Notes: generated by a model from the sequence alone, not told the origin. Shown: positions 1 through 14,129, numbered from the whole stretch's first letter. The stretch is DNA of 63,573 nt, filler included, from Sluysia triapertura (GCA_046118255.1; 5 parts of 5 records of this genome joined end to end with filler, not necessarily neighbours in it); one strand, 5' to 3'. Made by a program: numbers and translations.

Positions 1-1877
1 TATATCTGTTTAATAGCATTTCCTAACGAATTTTATAATAAGCGTTAAAGCAAAAGGTATTTTTTGTATCGTTATTCTTTAAGCACACTGTCACGTTACT
101 TACTGATACGCCATTGGTAAGTCGTATATTGTAAGAAAAAATCTCAGAAATTATAAATAATATTTTGTGGCTCGATATATTTTTTTCTATCGAGAAATTC
201 AAATTTTGAAAGTGAACGAATATTCTATAAATTTATAGAATAATCGTTAATTTTCAAAATTTTAATTTCTCCATTGGGTTTTCTTTTACACTCATTCTCA
301 ATCTTGAAATAAATTTTAAAAAAAACCTAAGCAAGGAGAAATTAGAGGTTATACAGAAAAAATCAAAACAATAAATAAAAAATTTATAATTAAATAGTAA
401 TAAATGGTAATATAATTAAATTAAATTGATTTAATTGTAATTTTATGAAAATAAACTTAATATTTGAAAGTTTAGATTTTATGTAAGAATACAAAATTTA
501 AATGTAACAATTTAAGCTTGTAAAATGTAAATGATTAGTGTAAAAACTCGAAGATTTTAGATGGACTATCACAAAAATTATTGGTTTTGTATTCAAATGA
601 AACTTGTGATAAATAATCATTTAAATTTAAGTTATTTGTGACTATCATTATCATTTATTATTATTATTGGAAATTTTAAATTCTCCGTTATTTGATACAT
701 AAAAGATTTTGACGTTTCTTCGATGTCTCAATATCTGCATCATTTCCTTGTAAGTCTATATTTCTTGTAATATATAGACTTAATTTAATTCGTATTATTT
801 AAAAATACGATATAAAAAGTAGAATTAATTAAAATTTGTAAATAAAATTGTAAAAAAAACATTCGATGAAAAAATTTTGTTTGCTAATTAAAATTCAAAG
901 CTTTTATTTATCTTTTTTATTAATAAATAAAAAAATTGTTAGTTTCATTTTTTTCATAAATAATAATTAATAATGAATGTTTATAAGCTTAAATTAATTA
1001 AACTATACGACATCTAAAGCACATCAAAAAAATAATTATTGCAACTTAATATAAGATGAAATTTTTCGAAAATTGGAAATTAATGCTCCAATAAATAGAC
1101 TAAATTACTAAAACCAAAAAAATCACAATTTTAAATTCCAAAATCCGTCGCAATATCAAAACTATAAAAAATAATGCACTTAAAATAAAACCTAAATAAA
1201 TGTCTTGTAAGATCAGTTAAGATAGTGCGCTAGAGTTTCTTAGTGGTTCTGTATATATCCCAATTGGTTACAATTGCTGATCGACGATATCAGAGTTAAG
1301 AGTTTTCAGTAATTTGTAATGCGATTAAATTTTTAAACCGCTTAAATATGGATAGTGACAAAAGAATTAACATTATTACAGAAATATTTCCGGCACAACA
1401 TACATAAATATTGGATTATAATTGGTTAAATAATGAGCAATAAAAATATCGAATTTTTAAACTCAAATTGTTACAACTACAATTTGAATGACAATTTGAT
1501 AGTAGTTTACAATTAACTATTTTAAGTTTCATATTATGACGAATATTAAGTAACATTCCAACATACTTAATTATAGACAAATATGAAAATTGACAGTCAG
1601 TTTTAATCGTTACAACAAACATAAGTTATATAGGCTGTAATCCTTTACACGTGTACAATCAATTGTGCACGCATTTGATCATGATATTTTTTATCGATTT
1701 CAAATTTACAAAATTAAATCTTTTCATAAAATTATTTTTATTTTTTAGAAAATAAACATCACTAAATCATTTTTTCATTTGATATTACAATCATGATCTT
1801 CTCAATCTGAAATGAAAGCTTTCGAAATTTTATTAGATTCATTTATTCTCTTATGTGATTTAAAAATTAAGGCTAAA

Positions 1878-1879
<2 letters not shown>

Positions 1880-1952
<73 letters not shown>
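1880..1952. repeat. (ATT)n microsatellite (similar tracts at ~3792-3840, ~39437-39502, ~46215-46279, ~63506-63573)
   Basis: Direct inspection. Confidence 0.97.
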
Positions 1953-3790
1953 TTAAAATGCAGAATTTATATTATCAACAAGAAACAATAAATCAAATGT
2001 AAATAAGAATATTACAAAAGCGCATCAGTAGTTTTCAATGTTCCAAAGATAAAATCAAATTACACATCCCTTAATTATTTAATAGCATTTCTTGCACTCT
2101 ATACCACACGTTGTTTGTTTATTTAAATCTTTTTATAAATAATTTGCCTCTTAGGAAAATTTGGTAATGGGCGACCTTGAATTAATCGTGTTGAGGTGCT
2201 TGGAAACTCTGATTTAATATTGTTAGTGATATGATTAATTAATGGTTTTCAGAAGGAAATGGAATTTCAGGATTTCTTTCTATACGTTTTACTGTAGATT
2301 TCCCAAGTATTACGTTATTGATAATGCCATCAACCATAAAATCATTATCATTTTGTGATTCTTTGTTCGTAGTTTACAAAAAAGGCTAGAGTAAAAGTAC
2401 ATTTATTAGCACTTGTCAATGACTATTTTCTATCTTCTTCATTTCAATTTAAATTTGATAATCAAAAATACCGGTTTTTCCATTTTTTGAATTTCCCGAT
2501 AGTGTTGTTGAAACTGTTGACTTCTAAGTTGTAATTCTTTACGATTCTAAGTGGTTGAATATGTCATAGGTAATTCTCAAATCATTTCAACAGATTAGTT
2601 AACAATAAGAGCGGGTCTTCCACACTGCCTCCATTAGAATGGTATTTAATTTTTCGATATGACGAGCAATATTCTGTATTGCTGCTTCTGTTTTTAGAAA
2701 TACACCTTTTATATTTGTCAGTGTAACAATATGCTTCAAATATACGTTATAATGTTAGCTGACCGAATTCCGAAAATCATTTTGTTTGGTTTGATGATGA
2801 TTGGTGAAGAACATGATGTGACTTAGTTCTAATATCATAATCACAATCTGTCATTATTTCTAACATGATACATAACAGAGCTTAAAAATGTTGATAATAA
2901 TATGAATCTTTGTTTTGCTGCAGCTGTTGCATATCAGAATGTTGCAAATTTGAAGCGGATTTTAAAAGGTTAAAAGGAAAGTTAGATAGAAGGTTGAGAA
3001 GTGAGAATGAGCAAGAGAAAAAGTTATAAAAGAAAGTTAGTGAAATTGAAGATGTTTAATGAAAATTTTATTTTATTTTTTTATTAAAAAATGGATTTAC
3101 TGAGTTTTAATGTAATGAATAATATAAATGCTCTAGTTGTTAATGTTTATGTGTTGTGGAGTGTAAAAATGTGTTTAAAATTTTGTATAATGCTGACCAC
3201 CACACTCACAACCTTTACAACGTTATTCAATAAAGCATCTTAACTCTAAACAATAAAACAATTACGTTACACTAAACAAATTTACCACACAAATCATCTC
3301 CAGACTCAAGAAATTTATATTTATACAAAATTGTAGCATTATTACAACGCAATACCGTAAATTCATTTATTATCACACATCTGAAAATCAATAAATAATT
3401 CTTTATACATAGTATATCATACTATTTAATACTCGTACAATCCATAACATTACTCCTTTAAACGTTCCAACATCAACCTATTTAATATCACTTGCATCAA
3501 GAAACTCACTCAATAGAACATCTCTAATCTTTATCATTTTATAACTCTAGACATTCATATCTGATAAGAAAATATCAAATAATATGTTAACTTATGAGAC
3601 AGATCGTATAGAAACAAATTCATAAACAGATGCAAAGAGTATAATTTAAATCAAAAGCACTTAGCAAAACTCGTATTCTCAAACTTCCATACCCCTTATT
3701 AATATTTAAGATTATGTGGATTGGAGAAGAAACCTAAGAAGAGGTTTAAAGAAATTAAAAACATAATATTTTAATAAAATTAAATAAGTG

Positions 3791-3835
<45 letters not shown>

Positions 3836-4234
3836 GTAATAAAAATAATAAATTAATGACAAGAATAATCGGTATCGTCAATTATAGTTATCATAATAGT
3901 TATAGTTATCAGATAATAAACACTCACATTTAGTAAGATGGATTCATCAAATTTTGTTTTCTGCCAAATGAAATATGAATTGGCTACAGTAGTTACCAAA
4001 TTAATTAAAAAATAGAAGATTAAAATGATTTGGCAAAAAATAAAATTAAAGATGGCTAAAAAATTTAAAAAATCTTGAGTTTAAAAATAAATAATTTTAA
4101 TTAATTGATATAAAATATCACAAGGTGCTTATTCACTTTTATTGTTACAATGTTTAATTTCGTGAAGATGCAACATTTAATTGCACCAAAATCTCATCGG
4201 AAAAGCGTTATTTAAATGTCATACCGGAATAAGA

Positions 4235-4575
4235 ATGAGCAATACTTTAGAAATGTTATTACAAATAGCACCAGAAAATCGTCGTGAAATTATTGATAAG
4301 CAAATTGAAGGTTTTAAACGTTATTTAATTAAAGCTGGTAATGAAATCGATTGAAATGAAATTTGTTTATTACACAAAGATATTCGTCTTTATAAAATTT
4401 CAGAAGATGCTCAAAGTCAATTAGTAGTATTAAAATTAAATGGTAGCCTTACAGGCTTTATGACTAGCATATGCGTTCCAGATTTAAACATACAACAAAC
4501 AGAATCATTATACAATAAATATGAATGAAACATTGCATTACTATTTATGATTTCGTATAATATGAAAGATAATTC
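4235..4575 (+). pseudogene. UDP-glucose pyrophosphorylase (UGP2-like) fragment
   Basis: Translation ...IEGFKRYLIKAGNEID*NEI...QLVVLKLNGSL...DLNIQQTESLYNKYE*NIALLFMISYN matches UGPase (LVVVKLNGGLG...DLTVQQIEHLNKTY...PLVLMNSFN). It has two stops and internal deletions. Confidence 0.8.
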
Positions 4576-5984
4576 AGAGTTAAGACGTCATTGTGGAAAT
4601 TTTATTATTAAATAGATATGCTGGTTTCAAGACAACACATGACAAAACCAGAAGATAATAGTAGACAGAATGTAGAAATAGATAAATTCAATTATATCCT
4701 TGTTTCGCAATCTATATACTCTATGATATTTAATAAAAGAATGTTTATAGTATGTTTATACTAAAGGTTTTCTGAACAAATTCAAGTAAACAAAATATGA
4801 CATGCTATTCACCCAATCTTCAAATATGCTCATTGACATATTTGGACAATACTCCTTATTTCCTTTGAAATAACTTTCGTAAGTGTTTTGCGTATTTAAG
4901 TCTTTGTGATGAAAAATGTTATGTTCTGACTTCAGAGCAAGCGACTTTTCATTAATCCAAATAATAAAATGATACGAGCAGAAAGCTTAAATAAAATTAA
5001 AAAGAAATTCTGAACGAAATAAAAGTTAATCTTAATAAAGTCAAATATCAAATATCCGGTATTCAGGTTGAAATCAAGCTCAGTCAGATTCAAGTATTTA
5101 ATATTGTTTCAAATAAAAGTATGGTTATTAGATCAAAAAGGAAAGTACAGAGAAATGTTAATATCACAGTTCATTACCTAACAAGAAATATTACACAAGA
5201 TAAAACTGACAAATTGAACAATTTTTAAAACATAATCTTAATAAGGCTTATTTGTAGAGTATATGTAAATATTAATAAGACCTTCTATCTTACAACCTTG
5301 ACAAACGAGCTTAAGCCAGAACGAAAGCATTCTCCCGATAGTGGTATTAATACAAAGCCAACTTCATTCTCTTATAAACGTGTAATTCTAGAGAAGGTTT
5401 AAGCATAATTACATCCATCTATAAACATTTAACATCTCTAAACTAATAATTAAAATTAACAATGCTATTAAAGTTAATTTCATATAAGTAATAAATCTGA
5501 TGTACTACTCAAAATCGAACAATACAGCATAATGAGTTATGAAAACTAATCAAAATTTAATTTAGTTATTACAGTAACAAGTTAAAGAATGTTAATTTTG
5601 CTGTAAAATAATTAAAATAGCAAAAATAACTTTATTTGTTTTTCTATGTTATATCTTATTTATTTATTTACTTTTTCAATTATATCTTTATTATTAAGAT
5701 TTTAAAGAAAAGTATGCGACAATAGAAATAAAAGAAATAATATCAGTAACAAAAGAAGTGAGAAGGAAAATTTTAAAAATATAATAAAAATAATAATTAT
5801 TATTATTATCATTATTCTTTGTTAGATTAGATTAAGTCTATAATACATTGAAAATTATGGTCCAATTCATTATATCTGATTTTATTACAAAATCAGCATA
5901 AAATAAATACATAACAAAATACTTAGTCTAAATGATGGAATCCTTAAAGAAATATAGTGCAACAGAGAAAGTATGAATAAAATT

Positions 5985-6127
5985 AAATATTGGAAACATG
6001 CTGGTAATTATGTACCTAAATGATATGTAGAAAATGATGAAAGACACGTTTACTTAGAGGACGTGAAACTATAAATGGATGCAAAATTATGGTCAGAAGA
6101 GTTTAATTCAATGCATGCAGTTAAAAG
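5985..6127 (+). pseudogene. eEF2 kinase (alpha-kinase) single-exon fragment
   Basis: WKHAGNYVPK*YVENDERHVYLEDVKL*MDAKLWSEEFN aligns with eEF2K WKGASNYVAKRYIEPVDRDVYFEDVRLQMEAKLWGEEYN. The stops fall at conserved R and Q, and a GT donor-like site follows. Confidence 0.85.
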
Positions 6128-6546
6128 TTAAGTAAAATCTAGTAACTGATGATGAAGGACCTTATGATAAAGCGTGTTCATTAATAATGTTTAGTAAATA
6201 TCAATAATGTGCAACTGTACTTGAGAATTGCGTGACAAATATTGAACTATAGATGTGAAACAAGTAATTTAACACTTTTGGATACAGCTATTCAAAAATA
6301 CTATGATTGATCGAGCTTTTCTAGTAATAGTATTGACAGTGTGGAAAGTTTAATAGAAAAATTGGTACCCCAATGAACAATGGAATAGATGATAAAAAGC
6401 AAGGCATGATCAGGTCAAAATGCCTCAAGATTTAGTAAAAATAGTTGCCAAATTGGTTGCTGAAAATATGAAGACATGGAATAATTTCGAATGTTATGGT
6501 GATGCTACATTTTAAAGAGATGATCAGATGTGTTGTCGAATTTAGA

Positions 6547-6600
6547 ATGAGCAATGCTCCTGAAATCGTATAGATAGCACCAGAAAATCGTAGTCAAATT
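6547..6600 (+). pseudogene. Second short UGP2-like fragment
   Basis: aatgagcaatgctcctgaaatcgtatagatagcaccagaaaatcgtagtcaaatt is a diverged copy of 4234-4291 (aatgagcaatactttagaaatgttattacaaatagcaccagaaaatcgtcgtgaaatt). Confidence 0.65.
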
Positions 6601-7449
6601 ACTAAAGAAAAAGGTCAGATTTTTATATACTTAACGATTAATTGTTACAAAGTCTTTGTACTACATGTATTTACAATTTATTTGAATTTTAGGATAAATC
6701 ACCCTCTCTTTATACTAAAATCGTTCGTCCAAGAAATTTAAATAAATGTCACAAAAAGAGAATAAATGAAATAAAAGTTACATTTAATAAGGTTAAATAC
6801 CCAAAAACCGTTAAAATGAACCTGAGTCGGAGTTCAATAGTTAATATTATATCATCTGAAAATATAGTTACAAAAATAGGTTAATACTCTTGTTAAATAC
6901 TTAACAAGAAACTTAATAAACGACGGCATAGAAAAATTAAGCACTTTCTGTAGTAAGACAATTTTAATAAGGTGTTGTGTAAATTATGTTTAAATATTAA
7001 TAAGGCCTTGTGCCTCACTAACCTTGGAGGTGTACTTAATCTACAACTAAATCATCCTAACAATAATACTATAAGTATAAGACATCTTTACGATGACTTC
7101 ATAATATATGTTCGTGCCATCTTACAAACATACTCTTTCCAATAAATAGCTAATTCAAATGCATACCAAATCAACAATAACAATTAAGCTCATCAACACT
7201 TTATGCCTAAAATGCACTTCCATCGATAAACTTATAAATTTTACTTATAAACTTATAATTTTACGAATTTCTCAAATAAATAAGGAATTATTTGAAAGTA
7301 CCAGTCATTTAATTATGTATCTTAATTTATTTTATTTTCTTATAATATTCAAATGTAATTTTGACTAATATTTAAATTTTGGATACTTTTGAATTATTTT
7401 TAACTACTTATTTCATAAGCTGTATTTATTCCTGTAAAACAGAAATATA

Positions 7450-8791
7450 CAGTAACTTTTCGAGATAATGAGCGCCAGGATAACCCCAAACTGGTTGTTC
7501 ATTAAAAAAAGATAATGAAGATATCAACATTTATTCATTTTTTTAAAAAATCTGTGATTTTTGAAGATCTATTTTTTGCTGTCTAGCAATTGGTTTCTGA
7601 AATGAGTTTTGAATGTTTTGATAATTCCTTGATCTAGGGATTGGATCTTGGTAGTACAGTTTGTGGGAAAATAGTACAACTCGATATTACTGAATACTTC
7701 ATCATTAATGTGTACTGGAGCATTGTCTAGTAATAACAAGATTGTGCGATTTTCCTTTTTCATTTTCTCATCAAGATTATGTAACCACAGGACAAAAATT
7801 TCACATATCATCCAAGAATTTCTGTTATTCTCGTACTTTAAGCATATCTTAAAAGGTCGAAGTTTTTAAATCCTCTGGGAGATTTATATTTCCCTAATAA
7901 CAGTGGGGCCTCCTTTTCACCTATTTCATTTGAGCAAAATAGAAGTGTTACTTTTTTTAGAGAATTGTCCACTAGCATTTTATTCTTTGCTTAAAATAAG
8001 TGTCTTTTTTTGGGAGGACACTTAAAGAACAACCGTGTTTCGTCACAATTAAACGTCACGTTTAGAATGCTTATTATAAACCTTTTCGAATTCTGCCTAT
8101 GATTCACGTAAAATCAAAGGGTTTACCAACTTTCTTCACCAGAAGTAAATTGTTTTGAATCTCGATATCCATATGCTGAAGGCTTTGAAGTTCTCCGGTT
8201 CTAATTTGTTTGGCAATTTTTCGTGCCATCCCTTCCATCATTAAGTTTGTTATTGTATTGTTCAACTTTCTCTTTCTTGATATCCAATCGTATAGGTGCG
8301 GATATATTTCGTGCGTCTTTATATTTGAAATGATACTTTTATTGCACGCAATCTTCTTTTTATACTCTGATGTGTACTTCTCCGTTGAATTTATTGACAA
8401 GAGATGCCTGTGTTACAAATTTATTTTCTATCTTATAATTTGCAAAGGCCTGTTTTTCTGCAACTGAATATCTTTTTATTTTTAGTTTTCGGTTAGTTAC
8501 CGTGGGTATTTTTTGATCTACAATAACTTAAATGTGATATACAATCGACAATACTTACAAATTGAGACTAACAAATCGAAATCATCAAAACAAATTTTTG
8601 AAAAACAAAAATAATTAAAATACAATGTAATATCTAAACTGTTACTGTATGATCATTAAATAATTTAAAAAGTACAAAAGTAATTTGTAATTTCAAGTAT
8701 TTTTCTTGTTCATTATTAAAAAATTCATTACTTTTGAAAATGTCCCTTATTTCTTTATAAGTAAAAAAATTCATTATCTCCAAAGTTACTG
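7450..8791 (-). mobile_element. Decayed pogo/Tigger-type (Tc1/mariner superfamily) DNA transposon
   Basis: TIRs cagtaacttttcgagataatga (7450) and the reverse complement of cagtaactttggagataatga (8771-8791), both flanked by TA. Broken ORFs encode a CENP-B-type HTH (LYDWI...ARKIAK), NCDE and a DDE_1 domain (LLLLDNAPVH...FPTNCTTKIQSLDQGIIKTFK). Confidence 0.9.
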
Positions 8792-10077
8792 TAACATTAT
8801 TCTGGTAGAATAAACACATCAATATCATGTAAAATGAAGTTAAATTGATTAAATGTAGTGACAGTTGCCTTGAGTGCTTTCCAACATTAAATAATACAAA
8901 AGAAGTTAATTCAATTCTTAGCTTACATTTTCAAAAAATCCAGGAATCCTTATAGAGCTTCATAACAAAACTCTAAGGCTAAAACTAAAAAATACCACAA
9001 AAAATTTTAGTATTTGTTTTAGTTACAGTATCCAATAAACAATAAATTGATATTGTTTAGTTGAATTTTCAAAATTATTTTTACGGTAGATAATATTTTA
9101 CTTACATTTTACATATTCACATAACTTACCGGTTTTTTGAACTTATCAATGAATTTTAATCCGAAATATTCATAATTATCAACTTGAACAGTTTTAGAAA
9201 CCAATTTCAACAAATTTAAACCGATTTGTTTTGTCTAAATCGAAACTTTCGTTAAACAGTATAATAAATTATCTAACATTTACATTAAAAACCCGTTTAG
9301 AATCATCTAAAAATATTACAAGAACTGGTATATAATGAGTTTTTGGTAAAAAGCATTTCATAATAATAATAAAATAATTTAAAATTCGTACTACTTTATA
9401 TTGTTAGAATTATCAAAAATTTAAATTTAAATTTGCGATATTAACCAATAGAGAATAATAATTGATTGAATAAAACAAATTTTTACTATATAATTATCAT
9501 AAAATTGTTTAAATATTTAAATAAAAATTATGACAAAATTTAATTGTTATTAGCACATTTTAAACAATTATTGATAGTTAAATTTATAAAATGAACTATT
9601 TTCTCATTTGTAAGAGAAGTAAAATTAATGTTTTTAAAAAACAGGATATTACAAAATACATATAGATAATTTATGTATTAATAATGTTAAAACCAGTTAA
9701 TATGTCATATCACTGGAAGATTGTGAAATACTTAAGAAGACAAATAATATAATGAGTGATTTATTGTAAACACTTATTTTGTGGTAGACATTAGTATTAA
9801 ATAAATTATTATATTAATTAAAATAATATATTACAAATCTTTATTATTGTTTTATAATTTAAGGAAATTACTTGAACTAAAGTTAATCTGAGTTGCCGAC
9901 TCTCCCAACCATTGCATTTCCAAACAGCCATTTTTATAAAGAAATACGCCTATAAATACGATTTATAGTTACTGTATTACGTACTTTATGTGGTTATGTA
10001 TTTCGTTTAATATTACTTGTTACAAAATGAATAACGCAAACTCGTTATTTCTATTAACAATATCTATTGTCTTTTAG

Positions 10078-10290
10078 ATCATTTCACTGAACGCTGAGCT
10101 TCTAGTATTTGTCTTTCATTTGAATCCAAAAAAACTAAAACAATTTGAATTTTTATTATTAAATGGTGATACAGATCTCTTTGTAAAATTACAAAATGGT
10201 GACACAAATATCTATATGAAAACAATAACCTCTGTTAGTCTTAACGACAATCATAATGCACCTTTTGAATTTGAAATAGCTAATGACTAA
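10078..10290 (+). pseudogene. Orphan exon-like fragment resembling a cadherin repeat
   Basis: 70 open codons after a ttttag acceptor, including LLNGDTDLFV and SVSLNDNHNAPFEF (similar to the cadherin DxNDNAPxF linker). Confidence 0.35.
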
Positions 10291-10405
10291 CGATCAACAA
10301 AGACGAAAATAAAATAAAAGTAATAATAAATAATATATATTAATTAATAGATGTGACGCCTCGAAAAAATAATCAAGGTGTAATGTTGCGTCTTTAAAAT
10401 TAATA

Positions 10406-10542
10406 GTAACAATAAACCAAAATCAATTTAATTTACTTAAGTAAAATCTCAAATAATTTCAATATTCACTAGATCAAGTATAACGCAGTACAAATCTTCT
10501 TATTTAATAACGATATTTAAATTGATTTTGGTTTATTGTTAC
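10406..10542. mobile_element. MITE-like 26-bp perfect inverted repeat
   Basis: gtaacaataaaccaaaatcaatttaa (10406-10431) and its reverse complement (10517-10542). Confidence 0.7.
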
Positions 10543-10744
10543 AAGAATATTTATTCAACCAAAAAATTACGTTCTTAATTCAAATTAATAACAATACGTC
10601 AATATTATAATAATTACAAATTCAAATACAAGTCTTTATTATAAGTTTCTGCTTTAACAATAATACAAGTAATACAAGGAATCGTAGTGTTGAAGATGAG
10701 TATTTAACAACTTAAATAAAAATCTTAATTAAAATCATAATTAA

Positions 10745-11100
10745 ATCTAAATTAAAATCTTAATTAAATTAATTAAGTAAAATTACGTTAACTTTTGAAT
10801 GAAGAATGCTATGCTAAAAATTGTGTATGTATGTATTTTAAATAGATCTTCCGATGAATATAACTTTGACTTAATTCATTCGAGGAAAGCCTCCATATTG
10901 AACAAAGTCTAATTTTAATTAATTTTTAATTAAGAAATGATGAAAATATGATGAATTAGGTATGGAATGATTGCTATAATTAGGAGAATCCGAACTGGTT
11001 TTTTTGGAATGAGAGCCTTAAATAATTTCCATTAGAAAATTGAGTTAAATTCATTATTTTTAAGTATTGTGAGAATAAAATGTTAATTTAAAATTTAATG
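10745..11100 (+). repeat. Dispersed repeat, copy 1 (copy 2 at ~40445-40900)
   Basis: Shared blocks taacttttgaatg..gaatgctatg, gaaagcc...attga(a/g)caaagtc(t/a)aattttaattaatttttaatta and cattagaaaattg. Confidence 0.7.
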
Positions 11101-11366
11101 TGAGTTCACCAACGTACTGCACTTACCGGCAAGGGCCAGCCGTTTGATTTTAATGCGAAAGTAAATGTTTAACTATCGAAGTGCTAAGCTTGCCTAGTGC
11201 CTTAAATCTGGAGTTTTTAATATTAAGTATGCGTATTCAAAAATAATTTTATTAAATATCGATAATCAAAATGATTTTACGTGAATCCGGTTATATGGGA
11301 TCGATTAAAAATATTTTTCTTGCTAGAATTAAAATCTAGCGTATGAAAACTTTTTCAAATATTTTA

Positions 11367-11466
11367 NNNNNNNNNNNNNNNNNNNNNNNNNNNNNNNNNN
11401 NNNNNNNNNNTTAATTAATTAANNNNNNNNNNNNNNNNNNNNNNNNNNNNNNNNNNNNNNNNNNNN
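11367..11466. other. Assembly gap with TTAATTAATTAA linker (also ~27960-28059, ~39503-39602, ~51060-51159; plain gap ~11850-11983)
   Basis: An identical 12-mer with stops in all six frames is centred in 100-nt N blocks. Confidence 0.95.
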
Positions 11467-14129
11467 TCGAGTTATTTTTATAACCAATTAAAAATAAAAA
11501 TTGTACACCTAAATCAATATTAATCAAACCTCAAAAATGAAATGTTTGAATTTAATTTAACAAGCAAAATATTATAGAAATGTAGCAAAAGCAAAAACTA
11601 ATGAGATTGTTTTTATTGTCAAAAAAGTAATCATATTTGTGACATGTTAATGTAACGTTAACAAACAAAATTAGTAAATATTTCTGATTTATTACTCGCA
11701 GAAATTTCCGTATTAGATTTTTTGAATTATTAAAATGATGTATTAACGGAAATAAACGTAATTAACCATAATGCATAATTTCTAAACGATTTTTTAAAAA
11801 ACGTTTTAAAAGCAACAAATTCCAAATTTTCAAATTGCATAGTTAAGATNNNNNNNNNNNNNNNNNNNNNNNNNNNNNNNNNNNNNNNNNNNNNNNNNNN
11901 NNNNNNNNNNNNNNNNNNNNNNNNNNNNNNNNNNNNNNNNNNNNNNNNNNNNNNNNNNNNNNNNNNNNNNNNNNNNNNNNNNNGAATTGTTCCTAATGTA
12001 TTGTGAGAATTTTTATTTTTGTGTTTCTATTCGTGAGTCCTCTACGACATCTGGCTTATACACTGAAAGGTCCATGTATAGATGTCAGCGTCGAAAGTAA
12101 ATTGGAATAACTGGAGGATAACGAAAAATGTCTTTGGACAGCTTTTGATTAGTGTTCCCCTATGTTTAGCGAGATTGACTTCTGATAGTTTAAATTTGAT
12201 GTAAAAAGATCTTCGAGTAATACAATTTTAAATTTTGTATGAGGGATTACAAATTTATTATTTACGTAAAATATTTTGACAAATTTTAGCAAAGCTGTGT
12301 AATTTAATTTTTTCTTCAACAAGAAAATTAATGTAACTCTAAAGATGATCTAGATATTAATAATGTTTATCAAATTTGTTTTGCAATTAAATGTTAATTT
12401 TATAAAATAAATATTAAAATTAAAATTTGTTTATATATTCAAAATGAAAGGTTCTTTTAAAAACAATGCAAAAAATGTTAAAATATCAAATAAAATTAAG
12501 TATAGTTACTGTTTATATAATTGACAATAAATTATAATTTTGTACGATATAAAAAGAATATGTGCAGATAAAATATAATATTTACTAGTGGTACTTAATT
12601 GATTAATATTATTTTCAAATAATATGATCTAGGAGAAATTTTGATTTAATTTAATTTTGCAATAAATTTTACAAAGAAAAATTTTAAAAGCAATAAAAAT
12701 TATGACTCAATTTAAAAAGCTCTAAATTTTGTATTGTTCAAAATGTTGAGTTTGTTCAAAATAAAATTATGGAAATTATTGAGATTATGCTTGTAAATAG
12801 TATTTATATTATTTATTATCATTTATTATTTATGTAATTTATTGTCATTTAAATTAAAAATGAGATATTTAATTTATTATTTTTATTTTTTGATAAATAT
12901 CAAGAAAAGTCAAATAGTGCTGATATTGCTGCTATTTAATATTATTTCACTTAAATATTATTCATTCACACATTTGAAATTAAACATTACTTATGCGAAT
13001 AAATCTTTATTAGTAGTAGTATTTCAATTAAAGGGATTTTAAATAAATGTGATTATTTTGGAATTAAACCAGGAATTTTAATTAATAAAAATAAATAAAG
13101 AATATAAAAGAAGTAAAAAATTCATCGAATTGCCAAATAAGTGTAATTTAAAACTCATAAATGTGGAATATATTAGATTTATTAATAACCAATATTGATA
13201 GTAATATTGTTATTGATATAAAAGTGAATGAATCATTAGATGTAACTGATTATTATTTATTTACTTTAAAGTAAAATTGAAGATTACGAATTGTATTTGG
13301 TAAATAGAAATATAGAAACTTAACAGAAACAAGGAATTGAAGATGGGAGTGTAGACTTCGAGTAAATTTGAAAAAATAATAAATTTTACGAATGACAGAT
13401 AAATTAAATAAATTGTACAACCGATATTATCCTTTCATTTAGATATTTATGAACCTTTACAATGTAAAATGTTAATAATAATAATATGTTAATTTATATC
13501 GCGCTAATAAAATAAATCATTCACTTTATTATTTCTGAAACAGAAAGAATTTTGCTTCATTCTTAAATGTTTTATAATCTTTCAGTAATTTAACATTTTC
13601 TGGTAGCTGGTTGCATATTTTTGAAATATCAGTGGCGTACAACATATCACCTAGCTAATTATCACTATGAATTCTGCATAAATTATTACATTTTAATGAC
13701 ACCATGAATTTGTTTTCCACACTTTTTTATTATTTCAAGAGATATTCAGCACTTACATAATGTAAGCATTTATAAATTATTGTAATGATTTTGAATTCTA
13801 TTCTTTCTTTTATTGATAAAGTGTTATATGAATGTTACACGAATAAATATTTATGACCTAATAGATAATAAATATAATTGATTCACCATCTGATGAAATA
13901 AATAGTGCTGCTCCTGCCACGTCAAACAATGTGAACGATTCGAATCGGTTAAACATTCGATTTAATAAACATTGGTGTTATTATTGTTGGAATTAGTGAA
14001 GAATAAGGAGAAACATAACACATGATAATAGAATAAAATGAATATCATTGAAAAATTAAAATAAAGTATTACGATGAATTGTAATAATAAAATACGCATA
14101 CAAAATACTGGAATCAGTAAAAAAATGAA

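Larger units (their letters stand above)
5010..7250 (+). repeat. Two diverged direct copies (~5010-5480 and ~6765-7230) of an unclassified ~450-bp repeat
   Basis: Shared blocks such as aaataaaagtta..ttaataa(a/g)gt(c/t)aaata, ttaataagg...tgt...aaatattaataag(a/g)cctt and aaccttg. Confidence 0.55.

Noticed and set aside
2050-2950. Coding-like minus-strand stretch
   Set aside because: Many stops and no motif that I can assign; probably an old transposon relic.
11411-11422. Identical TTAATTAATTAA palindrome recurring four times
   Set aside because: Always centred in 100-nt N blocks; an assembler linker with stops in six frames, not biology.
12033-12185. LEDNEKCLWTAFD...MF resembling a T-box N-terminus
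   Set aside because: Too short and interrupted; the core EMIITK.GRRMFP is absent.
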